This document shows positions 13,398 to 24,622 of a stretch of 64,000 nucleotides of DNA, piece by piece; within the stretch, counting starts at the first letter, position 1, and every line of letters begins with the position of its first letter. The notes below the pieces were generated by a model that did no database searches, was not told the DNA's origin, and worked only from the letters and a program-made list of their open reading frames with translations. Both the position numbers and the translations under genes were made by a program. The DNA comes from Lama guanicoe (lineage: Eukaryota), in NCBI GenBank assembly GCA_013239625.1, contig MU056050.1:3582084-3646083 (forward strand). The letters run 5' to 3'.

Positions 13398-13526
13398 TCT
13401 ATAACCCTGAGGGCAAAGGCAATATCAGTCTCATTCACCATTGCATTTCCAGGGCCTAGCACAGTGTATGACTCTCAATATTTCTTAAAGAGATGACTAA
13501 GTAAATGAATGAATGCATGAATGAAC
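13398..13526 (+). mobile_element. L2 3' end
   Basis: gagggcaaagg..cagggcctagcacagtg..aatgaatgaatg tail. Confidence 0.7.
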
Positions 13527-13814
13527 TAAACAACCACCATACCATACTAGAAACTGGATGTTGTGGTTAAAAGATGTGACAGGTTAAAGAACTGGATGTC
13601 AGCCTTTACACAAGTAGAGAAGTCCCATGTGTCTAAAAATAGTGCCTACCCATTCTTTTTTAGTGCTGGCAATCTCGACACTAAAGAATCATTCCTTTGA
13701 AATGAATAGTTTGCATTCTCCAGTGTTGTCTTTTGAAATAGATACGTCAGGAAGATGATAACAATTTCCTTTAGTCTTAATCATTAACACAATGACAAGA
13801 ATTTGTTTATAGAC

Positions 13815-14068
13815 TAAGCATCACTTAGGATTAAGGACAGGACTTTAAAGTTAGATAGATCTGGGTTGGAATCCTATTCTTTCACTTATGAGCTATGGAA
13901 TATCAGCTGAATTAACTTTACTAAGCCTCAGTTTCCTTAACTTTAAAGTGAGAAAGAAATTATTTTCCCAGAATTGTCAAAATTAAATGAGACATTATAT
14001 GGAAATGTTAAGCTTGGAGCTTGACATCTACTAACTGCTCAATAAATGGTAGCCCTAATTGTTATTAT
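13815..14068 (+). mobile_element. MIR SINE
   Basis: gatctgggttggaatcct..aagcctcagtttcct..aattaaatgaga..gctcaataaatggtagc. Confidence 0.75.
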
Positions 14069-14564
14069 AATGGACTGTAACAAACTGTCAGGTTTGAAAA
14101 GGAGCGGGATGAGGATTTAAAGGCTGCTCTTAGGGAGGATTTTGGGTCCTGAGAGGTGCAAGTTGGCACTGAGAGTCTAGAATGGTAGATTCTGGAAAAA
14201 AAAAAAGGGGGGGGAGGACACAGCCAAAGGAAACCTCTCTGGCCTCAAAATGTTACTTGAAGTCAATCTTTTCCACAGATGGCTATTAATCAGAGGTGAT
14301 AAGTTTGCTTTAGTTTCCCCATATGAGGCATCAGGTTGTTTTGTTTACATCCTGTTCACATAGGCAGCATCTTTACCTAGTAAAGGTGATATTATGGGGT
14401 AAAGAGAGTATATGGCCAAAAGGTCAAGAGGCTTCTAAATTGGTAACTGTATAAGCAGACTGCTTCTGACAAACTTAGTTAAGGGCAAGTTTCATAGTAC
14501 TGTTACTGGTATTATACCCCTACCTTTCCATCTGTACCATGTATTAATACCACCTGATCTCCTA

Positions 14565-14690
14565 TAGTCTCCTCTACTAGATTTTAAGGTACTTTAAGAA
14601 GGGGTCCTTCTTTATTTATCTTTATATCTTCTATGCCTAGAAAGAGCCTGGCAGGTACTAGATGCTCAGTAAATATTTGATAAATTGGAG
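14565..14690 (+). mobile_element. L2 3' end
   Basis: tgcctagaaagagcctggcagg..gatgctcagtaaatatttga. Confidence 0.6.
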
Positions 14691-14826
14691 CAAACATTAA
14701 AAGTGATGACATTCAACAAAACTTTTAAAAACAATACAAAGCAGCTTGAGTTAGCTCTATCTTGATATCATTGGATTTCAAGGGGTAGGGAGTGGATGTT
14801 ATCTCTGAGAGTCTGAAAAGAATCCC

Positions 14827-15158
14827 TGTCCTCATCAATTTGGGCTGCTATAATAAATACCATAGACTGGGTGGGTTAAACCATAGACATTTATTTCTCA
14901 CAGTTCTGGAGGCTGGGAAGTCTACTACCAAGATCCCAGTAGTAATGGGTGTCTGGTGAAAGCCCTCTTCCAGCTTGTCGTGCCTTCACATGGCAGAGAC
15001 AGAGAAAGGTCTGGTCTTATAATCACATCATGGGAGCGCCACCCTCATGATTGCCTCTAAATCTAGTTACTTCCAAAGGCCTTACCTCCGAACACTATCA
15101 CATTGGGGAATAGAGCTTTAATATATGAATTGGGGGGGCACATTCAGTCCATAGTAAC
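14827..15158 (-). mobile_element. MaLR solo LTR (MLT1A-like)
   Basis: gggctgctataataaataccatagactgggtgg..tctcacagttctggaggctgggaagtc..cacattcagtccatag. Confidence 0.8.
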
Positions 15159-15369
15159 CCCATTGAAACATCATTTCATTTACAGCATGGTCCCATGCTA
15201 TGAACCCCAAAGACAACATAGTAAGGTGTTGATCTCTTCATGGCCGGGCGTGCCTGTTTGCACTCATTGCCTGTGTTTTCAGGCAGAACACAATACTCGG
15301 TAGAGAGCTTCCTAACTGTGCTTGTGTATGAATCAAGCATTTTGTTCACTTAGCAGAATTTAATATTCT

Positions 15370-15600
15370 TAATGTGCACTTTGATTCTTTATGCCTTTAT
15401 CTTTGTTCTGAATTTCTGGGGAGTTTCCTTCTTTGGGGAACATTAGCTTTCCAGTGGATACCATTTCTGTTCTGCCTGGGGTATTCTGTTTCATCTTGTT
15501 CAAGTGCTGCTTTTGTTCAAATAGTCTTTTTTGACTTGGAGATTTTTTTTTAATCAAGCTTTTTGCTCATTTTTTTTATCCGTTGCAGGGGGTATGGATT
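15370..15600 (-). mobile_element. Ancient L1/HAL1 ORF1 coiled-coil remnant
   Basis: Minus-strand ORF ..EGNSPEIQNKDKGIKN resembles the L1M/HAL1 ORF1 EEISQ..KDKEMEN motif. Confidence 0.4.
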
Positions 15601-16186
15601 AATTTATTTCTGTTCTGTCTCCCTTCTAGTAATTTTGAGTTAATCTTGGTCACATATGCTACGCTTGTGTCTCACTGGTGCTTTTCCAAATTCTCCTCTT
15701 TGATTAGTCTGTGTAGTGAATGTCTTTGATAGTGAAGATGACGATAAACATTCAAATAGCTTTGTGTCTTTGAAACAGTCACTGTTTTACTCTATAGCAA
15801 ACTGAATATAATGGGAACAATGCTATTGGTAAGACTAACTATTTCAGATAATTGAGATGAGTCCAACTAATGTATGCATATCATCATCAGACCTTGGTGT
15901 TTATCTCCACTGTTTTTCTATGTAATCTACACCCTTCCCCCAGTGGAGTGCTGAACCCAAAATCTGTTTGCCTGCCTACTTCCAATAAGCCCTATTACCT
16001 GAAAATCTGGATTCTCTGCAGTCAGATATTGGAAAAATGCCTTTTATTTTTATTACTTATATTAGCCCTATATTGCCTTGCTTGCATGGTGAGTAGCACA
16101 CATTACATAAAAGACAGATCAAAGGGGGAAACTAAATCCTGAATTAATTTGTTTCATGGTCCCGATGTCATTTAAAAACTTATTCA

Positions 16187-18031
16187 ATGGGGACAAGACA
16201 AGGATGCCCACTATCACCACTCTTATTCAACATAGTCCTGGAAGTCCTAGCCACAGCAGTCAGGCAAGAGGAAGAAATAAAAGGAATCCAAATTGGAAAA
16301 GAAGAGGTAAAAGTGTCATTATATGCTGACGACACGTTACCATATATAGAAAACCCTAAAAGGTCCACACAAAAGCTACTAGAGCTGATCGAAGAATTCA
16401 GCAAGGTAGCAGGTTACAAAATTAACGTTCAAAAATCAGTTGCATTTCTTTACACTAACGATGAATCAACAGTAAAAGAAAGTAAAGAAACAATCCCTTT
16501 TAAAATAGCACCCAAAGTAATAAAATATCTGGGAATAAATCTAACCAAGGAGGTGAAAGAATTATACACAGAAAACTATAAACCATTGATGGAGGAAATT
16601 AAAGAAGACTTTAAAAAAATGGAAAGATATTCCATGCTCTTGGATTGGAAGAATCAATATTGTTAAAATGGTCACACTGCCCAAGGCAATCTACAGATTT
16701 AATGCAATCCCTATCCAATTACCCAGGACATATTTCACAGAACTAGAACAAATCATAATAAAATTTATATGGAACCATCAAAGACCTAGAATTGCTAAAG
16801 CATTACTGAAGAGAAAGAAAGAGGCTGGAGGAATAACTCTCCCAGACTTCAGACAATACTATAGAGCTACAGTCATCAAGACAGCATGGTATTGGTACCA
16901 AAACAGACATATAGACCAATGGAACAGAATAGAGAGCCCAGAAATGAACCCACAAACTTTTGGTCAACTCATCTTCGACAAAGGAGGCAAGAATATACAA
17001 TGGAATAAAGACAGTCTCTTCAGCAAATGGTGTTGGGAAAACTGGACAGCAGCATGTAAAACAATGAAGCTAGAACACACCCTTACACCATATACAAAAA
17101 TCAACTCAAAATGGATTAAAGACTTAAACATAAGACAAGATACAATAAACCTCCTAGAGGAAAACATAGGCAAAACATTATCTGACATACATTTCAAAAA
17201 TTTTCTCCTAGAAGAAATAAAAGCAAGAATAAACAAATGGGACCTAATGAAACTTACAAGCTTCTGCAGAGCAAAGGAAACCAGAAATAAAACAAGAAGA
17301 AAACCTACGGAATGGGAGAAAATTTTTGCAAGTGAAACCGACAAAGGCTTGATCTCCAAAATATATAAGCAGCTCATACGACTCAATAAGAAAAAAATAA
17401 ACAACCCAATCCAAAAATGGGCAGAAGACCTAAACAAGCAATTCTCCAAGGAAGACATACAAATGATCAAAAAGCACATGAAAAAATGCTCAATATCACT
17501 AATTATCAGAGAAATGCAAATCAAAACTACAATGAGGTATCACCTCACACCAGTCAGAATGGCCGTCATTCAAAAATCCACAAATGACAAATGCTGGAGA
17601 GGCTGTGGAGAAAGGGGAACCCTCCTACACTGCTGGTGGGAATGCAGTTTGGTGCAGCCACTATGGAAAACAGTGTGGAGATTCCTCAAAAGACTAGGAA
17701 TAGACTTGCCATATGACCCAGGAATCCCACTCCTGGGCTTGTATGCAGAAGGAAATCTACTTCAGGATGACACCTGCACTCCGATGTTCATANNNNNNNN
17801 NNNNNNNNNNNNNNNNNNNNNNNNNNNNNNNNNNNNNNNNNNNNNNNNNNNNNNNNNNNNNNAAAGAAGATGTGGTATATTTATACAATGGAATACTACT
17901 CAGCCATAAAAACCGACAACATAACGCCATTTGCAGCAACATGGATGCTCCTAGAGAATGTCATTCTAAGTGAAGTAAGCCAGAAAGAGAAAGAAAAATA
18001 CCATATGAGATTGCTCATATGTGGAATCTAA
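16187..18031 (+). pseudogene. L1 ORF2 fragment (RT plus C-terminal domain), 5'-truncated, +1 frameshift in the A-run at ~16613-16619
   Basis: ORFs 16187-16666 and 16668-17909 are consecutive ORF2 segments; stop taa at 18029-18031. Confidence 0.9.
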
Positions 18032-18300
18032 AGACTCATGGACAGAGAATACAGACTTGTGGTTACCAGGGGGGTAGAGGGTGGGAAGGGATAGACTGGG
18101 ATTTCAAAATTGTAGAATAGATAAACAAGATTACACTGTATAGCACAGGGAAATTTACACAAAACGTTATGGTAACTCACAGAGAAAAAAATGTGACAAT
18201 GAGTGTGTATATGTCCATGTATGACTGAAAAATTGTGCTGAACACTGGAATTTGACACAACATTGTAAAATGATTATAAATCAATAAAAAATGTTAAAAA
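16191..18300 (+). mobile_element. Young 5'-truncated L1 (copy A position): RT region to 3' end; N-gap at 17793-17862
   Basis: [22 protein letters not shown], Cys-rich [18 protein letters not shown], 3'UTR and aataaa/A-tail. Confidence 0.97.
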
Positions 18301-18311
18301 ATCAACATTTA

Positions 18312-18400
18312 AATTTGAATTCTTCCACTGACAAGCTGATTGACTTTATACAAATCATTTAATTTATTTCAGCCCTTTTCCTCATTTAGGAAATGAAAGA
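18312..18400 (+). mobile_element. MIR core; its 5' part lies on the minus strand at ~20607-20650
   Basis: ttcttccactgacaagctgattgactttatacaaatcatttaat..ttttcctcatttaggaaatg. Confidence 0.65.
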
Positions 18401-18993
18401 CTTAAATTCTACGTGGTTCTTAACCAGGAAGACACATCAGAATTAGTAGAAGGAGTTACTACAAAATATCTGACTAGCTTGGGACACATGAAGATTCTAA
18501 TTCATTAGATCTGGAGGCAACTGCCTTTGTATGGAGATCTCTAGGGATGGAGGGAGTAATATCACCTCAGAACAGAGCAGAGGGTGGGAACCTGGAAGCC
18601 AACATGCCTATCACGAAACAGACATTAACAAGTGCTCTAGTACAAGAACAAAATCCCATGAAGAGGGCAGGCTGGAGAGCTACTATGCTCAGTGATCTTG
18701 TGGGGATAAAAGAAATTACATGGGGGAATTACTTAGCATAGAGCTTCACACACAACAGACTCTCAATAAATTTTCTTTCTTTTCCCAATTTTCCTCCTTG
18801 AAAACGTTCCCAGTTCATTTCAGAGGGATCTGATTTCCAAGTGGCACACCTTAGTTTAGCACTTTTACATACAACAAATTGGATGTTTTTAAAAACAAAC
18901 AAAAACACCTAAGTAATTTTGGCAAATAGAACAATAAATACAATGTTTTACTTTATTAAGTAATAGAGTTTTGATCTTGTAATACTAAGACTT

Positions 18994-19177
18994 CAGACTG
19001 GCCATATCATTTGCGAGGCCCAGTGCAAAATGAATATCTGGGGACTCCTTAATCAAAAAATATTAAGAATTTCCATGCAGTGACAGCAGAGCATTAGACC
19101 AAATGCAGGTCCATTCTGAACAGGGGCCCTGTGAAACTGCACAGGTCACATGTCCTTCAAGACCAAAGGAACCCTGG
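18994..19177 (-). mobile_element. MER45A-like hAT-Tip100 MITE
   Basis: tttgcgaggcccagtgcaaaatga..taagaatttc..acagcagagcatt..ggggccctgtgaaactgcacaggtc. Confidence 0.75.
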
Positions 19178-19370
19178 ACATGAAGTCTGAAGGCCTGGAA
19201 AATATGCTAGATAGGCAACTATTTTGCCAGTTGATCAGAATCCCGTCACTCAATTTCTCTGGGCCTTAAATTCCATATCTATAAGAGCATCTCTGATATT
19301 CTATAACTCTATGACACACATTGGAACTTCCTAGAAAATACATTGCTTAAATTTTCATTCCATTGAATAA

Positions 19371-20590
19371 GTTTTTTTTAACATTTTTTATTGATTTATA
19401 ATCATTTTACAATGTTGTGTCAAATTCCAGTGTTCAGCACAATTTTTCAGTCATACATGGACATATACACACTCATTGTCACATTTTTTTCTCTGTGAGT
19501 TACCATAACATTTTGTGTATATTTCCCTGTGCTATACAGTGTAATCTTGTTTATCTATTCTACGATTTTGAAATCCCAGTCTATCCCTTCCCACCCTCCG
19601 CCCACCTGGCAACCACAAGTCTGTATTCTCTGTCTATGAGTCTATTTCTGTCCTGTATTTATGCTTTGTTTTTGTTTGTTTGTTTGTTTGTTTTTGTTTT
19701 TAGATTCCACATATGAGCAATCTCATATGGTATTTTTCTTTCTCATTTCTGTCCTTTATGCTTTGTTTTTGTTTGTTTGTTTGTTTGTTTTTGTTTTTAG
19801 ATTCCACATATGAGCAATCTCATATGGTATTTTTCTTTCTCTTCTGGCTTGCTTCGCTTAGAATGACATCCTCCAGGAGCATCCATGTTGCTGCAAATGG
19901 CGTTATGTTGTTGGTTTTTATAGCTCTATAGTATTCCATTGTATAAATATACCACCTCTTCTTTATCTAGTCACCTGTTGATGGACATTTAGGCTGTTTC
20001 CATGTTTTGGCTATTGTAAGTAGTGCTGCTATGAACATTGGAGTGCAGGTGTCATCCTGAAGTAGCATTCCTTCTGGATACAAGCCCAGGAGTGGGATTC
20101 CTGGGTCATATGGCAAATCTATTCCTAGTCTTTTGAGGAATCTCCACACTGTTTTCCATAGTGGCTGCAGCAAACTGCATTCTGAAAGGGTTCCCCTTTC
20201 TCCACAGCCTCTCCAGCATTTGTCATTTGTGGGTTTTTGAATGACGGCCATTCTGACTGGTGTGAGGTGATACCTCATTGTAGTTTTGATTTGCATTTTT
20301 CTGATACCTAGTGATATTGAGCATTTTTTCATGTGCTTTTTGATCATTTGTATGTCTTCCTTGACAAATGGGACCTAATGAAACTTACAAGCTTCTGCAC
20401 AGCAAAGGAAACCAGAAGTAAAACAAGAAGACAACCTACGGAATGGGAGAAAATTTTTGCAAATGAAACCAACAAAGGCTTGATCTCCAGAATATATAAG
20501 CAGCTCATACAACTCAATAAGAAAAAAATAAACAACCCAATCCAAAAATGGGCAGAATACCTAAACAAGCAGTTCTCCAAGGAAGACATA
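19371..20590 (-). mobile_element. Young L1 (copy B position), antisense, with 5' inversion (20364-20590 on the plus strand)
   Basis: Poly-T then antisense 3'UTR/ORF2 up to 20363; plus-strand ORF2 piece [18 protein letters not shown] at 20364-20590; about 96-97% identical to copy A by hand count. Confidence 0.97.
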
Positions 20591-20720
20591 TAAATGTTGA
20601 TTTTTTGACTCCCAATACAATGCCCTATTCAAGACACTGTTCTGTCTTCTTAGATGTCCTGTCACTGCTCTGATAATATGTACATCACATGAAAACACTC
20701 AACCACCCCATTTATTAGGG

Positions 20721-20878
20721 CAGAGCTTCTCAAACTTCAGTGTGTATAGGAATCCCCTGGGAATCTTTTTAAACTATAGACTATGATTCTGTAAGTCTGG
20801 GGCAGGGTCTGCATGTCTAACAAGCTCCTAAAATATGCCAGTTCTGCTGGTCTATGGATCATATTTTGAATAACATTA
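20721..20878. mobile_element. MER5A
   Basis: cagagcttctcaaactt..gaatcccctggga..gattctgtaagtctggggc..tctaacaagctcc. Confidence 0.75.
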
Positions 20879-20934
20879 GCCAAAGCTAGGCTTAAGCAGT
20901 CCAAACTTCTGACATGAATCTGCAAACACACTGC

Positions 20935-21200
20935 ATTATTAATAATGATAGTGATAAAAATAACAATCGCTAACATTTATTGAGAAATTTGTTAAATATT
21001 CTATACACATTATATAATTTAATCTTCCTAAAATTCTATGAGGTATGTACTATATTGACCTTTATTTTACAGATGAGGATGTTGTAGGTCAGGAGATTTA
21101 AGTAATTTTCCCAAGATTATACACTATTGAGTGACAGCTAAGATGCAAGCTCTGTATTTTCTGAGTTCAATCCTGTAACCACCAAAGTCATTTCTTTTCC
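20935..21200 (-). mobile_element. MIR
   Basis: gctaacatttattgag..ttttacagatgagga..ttaagtaattttcccaag. Confidence 0.7.
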
Positions 21201-21264
21201 CCAGAAAGTGCTAATATCTAGAAAGGTGAGGGAAGAAGGAAGAGGGAAAAGGAGATAGAGAAAG

Positions 21265-21480
21265 GAACTAATATTTATTAAGGATCTGGTGTGTGCCAGA
21301 GACAGTGTTAGTTCAGTTTCCATAATATCTCATTACCCTTCAAAACTACTGTGGAAGCTGGGCATTGTCATCCTCCTTCTAAGGATAAGAAAACCAAGGA
21401 ATAAAGATACTAAGTCATTTGTCCAAGAACAGATGCTCACAGAGATAGTAAATGGTGAACCTGAGAACTGAACACAAAAT
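21265..21480 (-). mobile_element. MIR
   Basis: atttattaag..gtgtgccagagac..gataagaaaaccaagg..aagtcatttgtccaag. Confidence 0.65.
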
Positions 21481-21673
21481 TGATGTTAAATCCATTAAAT
21501 GATTCTGCTTCTTTCTGGAATCAGTTGAGTGAAAGTTGGATTTATAACTTTTATAAACTAAATCATGAGTCCTTAACTAAGATCCCAAAGATCTCTATAG
21601 TATCTTTGATTTCCTTTTTACTTCTTTGAAGAATATTTAAGGTACTGCTTCATTCTAAGGGATTCTAGAATGG

Positions 21674-22100
21674 TGTAGTAGACATTACTACTACTCACCA
21701 ATATCCAATTCTGTTTACCTCTAACTAATTGTAAGACTATACTTCCGAGATCACGTGTTAGTGAGGTCATATTTCTATCTCTGGTTAAATGGCTGTGTAC
21801 ACATGGTACATGTTACTTCTGGACTGAAACACTTATGACATAGTGCACAACTCTTCAGTTCTCACTTCTCTTCTTTGGCAATTGTTGAACCTTCTCTTAA
21901 AATGGTTGAGTCAAATTATTGCAGGGGACTAGTCTAATTATTGTAGGAATCACCATGACATGGAGGGAAACTGCCCTGGAGAGTTGCTTCAATCCACACT
22001 GGGCTTTGTGGAAATGAGAACTAAACAATTTCTGTGTTAGGCCATTAAGATATGATTGTTTGTTAATGCAACATCAGCCTAGCCTATTCTGATTAATATA
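21674..22100 (+). mobile_element. Old MaLR LTR (MLT1I/J-like)
   Basis: tgtagtagac..tgtgttaggccattaagat..ttgttaatgcaacatcagcctagcctattctgattaatata. Confidence 0.65.
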
Positions 22101-23705
22101 GGTGGTATGGCATGCTAAATGAGCACCATCAGTATATGATTCTTATTATTGCCACATTATGACATCTAGAATGATTTCTCTTGTTAGGAATGAAAGAAAA
22201 TGTATTCAGCTATTATAATCATGGATGATTACTTTTGTTTACAATGAACCTAGCTTAAGTTAGAAAATCTCCAAAGAAAGCACAACAATGTCTAAGTACA
22301 CACTGATTTCCTTTCATTACTGTACATGATAGAATACAAAAACTGTAATACTTCTAATGTGACACAGTTCTGGCCAATGGAAACTAAAGGAACACATCTG
22401 TACATTTTGAAATTTATTTTATTTTTGATGGAAATATTTATAGAAAGGATTACTCATCCTCTGAATTTATAGAGTCGACTAAATATAACTCCAGTTTAGG
22501 TAATGAGTCTAGGTTCTCATTATGAACACCTATATTCAATGATCTCTATTCTATAGGTATGGTCATAGGAGCTGTTAAAGTATATAGCAGTTATTGTTAA
22601 ATGTTAACAGGGTAAAATTATATGTGTGTGCACACACACATATACACACACATGCATCCACAAACATGTATGTGTAAATATCTATAACTTTAATGTTTTT
22701 CCCATTACTTTAGAAATTGTGTGAAAAATATATTCAAATAATGTTATTAAGTGTGATGAAGTATGAAATATATATGTATGTCTACAGATGTGTCTATAGA
22801 TGTGTGTACTTACATGTGTGTAAATGTATTTTCCCCTTCATTTTGAAAATTGTGTTGAAATATTTTACCCTAATTATGTTATTTACCATGGGGTGGAATG
22901 ATATGTCACCATCAAGTAGTATTACAATACTCTATCTTTTCAAACAATTTAATGTTGATCCAAATTAAAGAAAACATATTTCTCAATAAAAAACATATTG
23001 TTGTTTATATCTGCCCAAGCCTAAGTTGTAAAATGCAAAACAAATTTTAAACTGATGTATTAAAATACTTAGTATCACTTTCATTACTGAATATAATGTA
23101 ACACAAGCCATAATGCTTCCTATGTGTCAAAGTGTTTGTCAGTGGAAACATGAAGCCCAACAGTGTAGATTTTTTAAAAAAAAAATAGCTCAATTTGAAA
23201 AGACAAGGAAATAACCAAGACTCAAATTTGTCTCAACACCAAAGTCTTTCTAGTATTTTCCTATATGATTGCTTGTCACACTGTCAGCCAAAAGAAGACA
23301 CATATACTTTGAGGGATTTGGTGAAGCCATGTGCTCTGGAAAAGGCTGAACTGGATTGTGACTTAGAGAAACCAAAGAAAATACAGGCAGTGCTTCTGTC
23401 AAACTCATCGACTCCATAATTGGTGATTTTTCTTCAAATATTTTGAAATGGGACATAAAGAAACAGGCAGCTATTTCCCTCCAGCAAGAACTGGAACTGG
23501 GTAACACCACTCACATCTCTCAGTGCAGACTGCACCTAGTATTTATATTTTATATGTATGCTAATGCCATAAAAGAATTCCTGTTTTTGTGAGCCCCTTT
23601 TGGAAACTCAAAGGTTATTAATGTCTTTAAAATGGAAAGTTATTTGCCAAGCAAAATTTCAGTAGGGGAAGAAAATCTTGGTAGTCTCTTATACAGTATC
23701 TACAG

Positions 23706-24080
23706 TGCTTGACCTTATATCTGGTTTTCCAAAATACCATAGACTGGGTGGTTTACAAGAAGCAGAAATTTATTTTTCACAGTTCTAGAGACTGGAAGTC
23801 CAAGGTCAAGGCAGCAGCAGATTCTGTGTCTGGTGAGGTTTGTTGTCTGGTGGGAGCCTGCTTCCTGCTTCATAGATGGACTTCTTCTTGCTGCACCCTC
23901 CCATGGTATAAGGGGCATAAACGTTCTCTAGGGTGTCTTTCATAAGGGCATTAATCCGATTCATGAGGGCTTTGCTCTCATAACCTAATAACTTACCAAA
24001 GGCCATGCCTCTTAATACCATCACATCAGAGATTAAATTTCAACATAAGAATTTTGGAGGGACACAGTCACTCTATAACA
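23706..24080 (-). mobile_element. MaLR solo LTR (MLT1A0-like)
   Basis: aaaataccatagactgggtggttta..gttctagagactggaagtccaaggtcaaggc..ttttggagggacaca. Confidence 0.8.
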
Positions 24081-24099
24081 AGCCCAATTTCTGTACCAC

Positions 24100-24622
24100 A
24101 TTTCCCTCTAATTTGCGGTTTCTATTACCTGAGGTCAACAGAGGTCTGGAAATATTAAATGGAAAATTCCAGAAATAAACAATTCATAAGTTTTAAATTG
24201 CTAAGATCTATGGTAAGAACAAACATTCTCTCCATGAAATTGTGAAGAAGGAAAAAGAAATTTGTGCTAGTTTAGCTGTCACACCTCAAACTACAAAAAT
24301 TACAGCCACAGTGAGTAAGTGCTTAGTTAAGATGGAAAAAGCATTCAATTTATACAATAAGATATTTTGAAATAGATCACATGCACATAACTTCTATTAC
24401 GGTATATTGTTTTAATTGTCCTACATTTATTATTGGTTATTATTGTTAATCTCTTACTGTGCCTAATTTATAGATTAAACTTCACTTACATATGTATGTA
24501 TAGGAAAAACATAGTCTATAAATATAAAATACATAATATATATGGCTCATACTATCTTCAATTTCAGACATCTACGGGGGGTCTTGGAATGTATCCCCTG
24601 CAGATAAGTGGAGGGCCAACTG
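24100..24622 (+). mobile_element. MER44/Tigger7-derived element, internally deleted
   Basis: aaatattaaatggaaaattccagaaataaacaattc; transposase fragment AKIYGKNKHSLHEIVKKEKEICAS..KCLVKMEKAF at 24200-24350; end gggggtcttggaatgtatcccctgcagataag..actg. Confidence 0.8.

Noticed and set aside
17793..17862. N-gap as an inversion breakpoint or hidden insert
   Set aside because: 70 Ns replace about 65 bp expected from the paralogous L1 at 10.9 kb, and the scars place the breakpoints at 18032 and 19744.
16668..17909. 413-aa ORF as a host gene or active retroelement
   Set aside because: It is L1 ORF2 lacking the endonuclease and most of the RT N-terminus, frameshifted at ~16615; its apparent end is caused by the N-gap shifting the frame.
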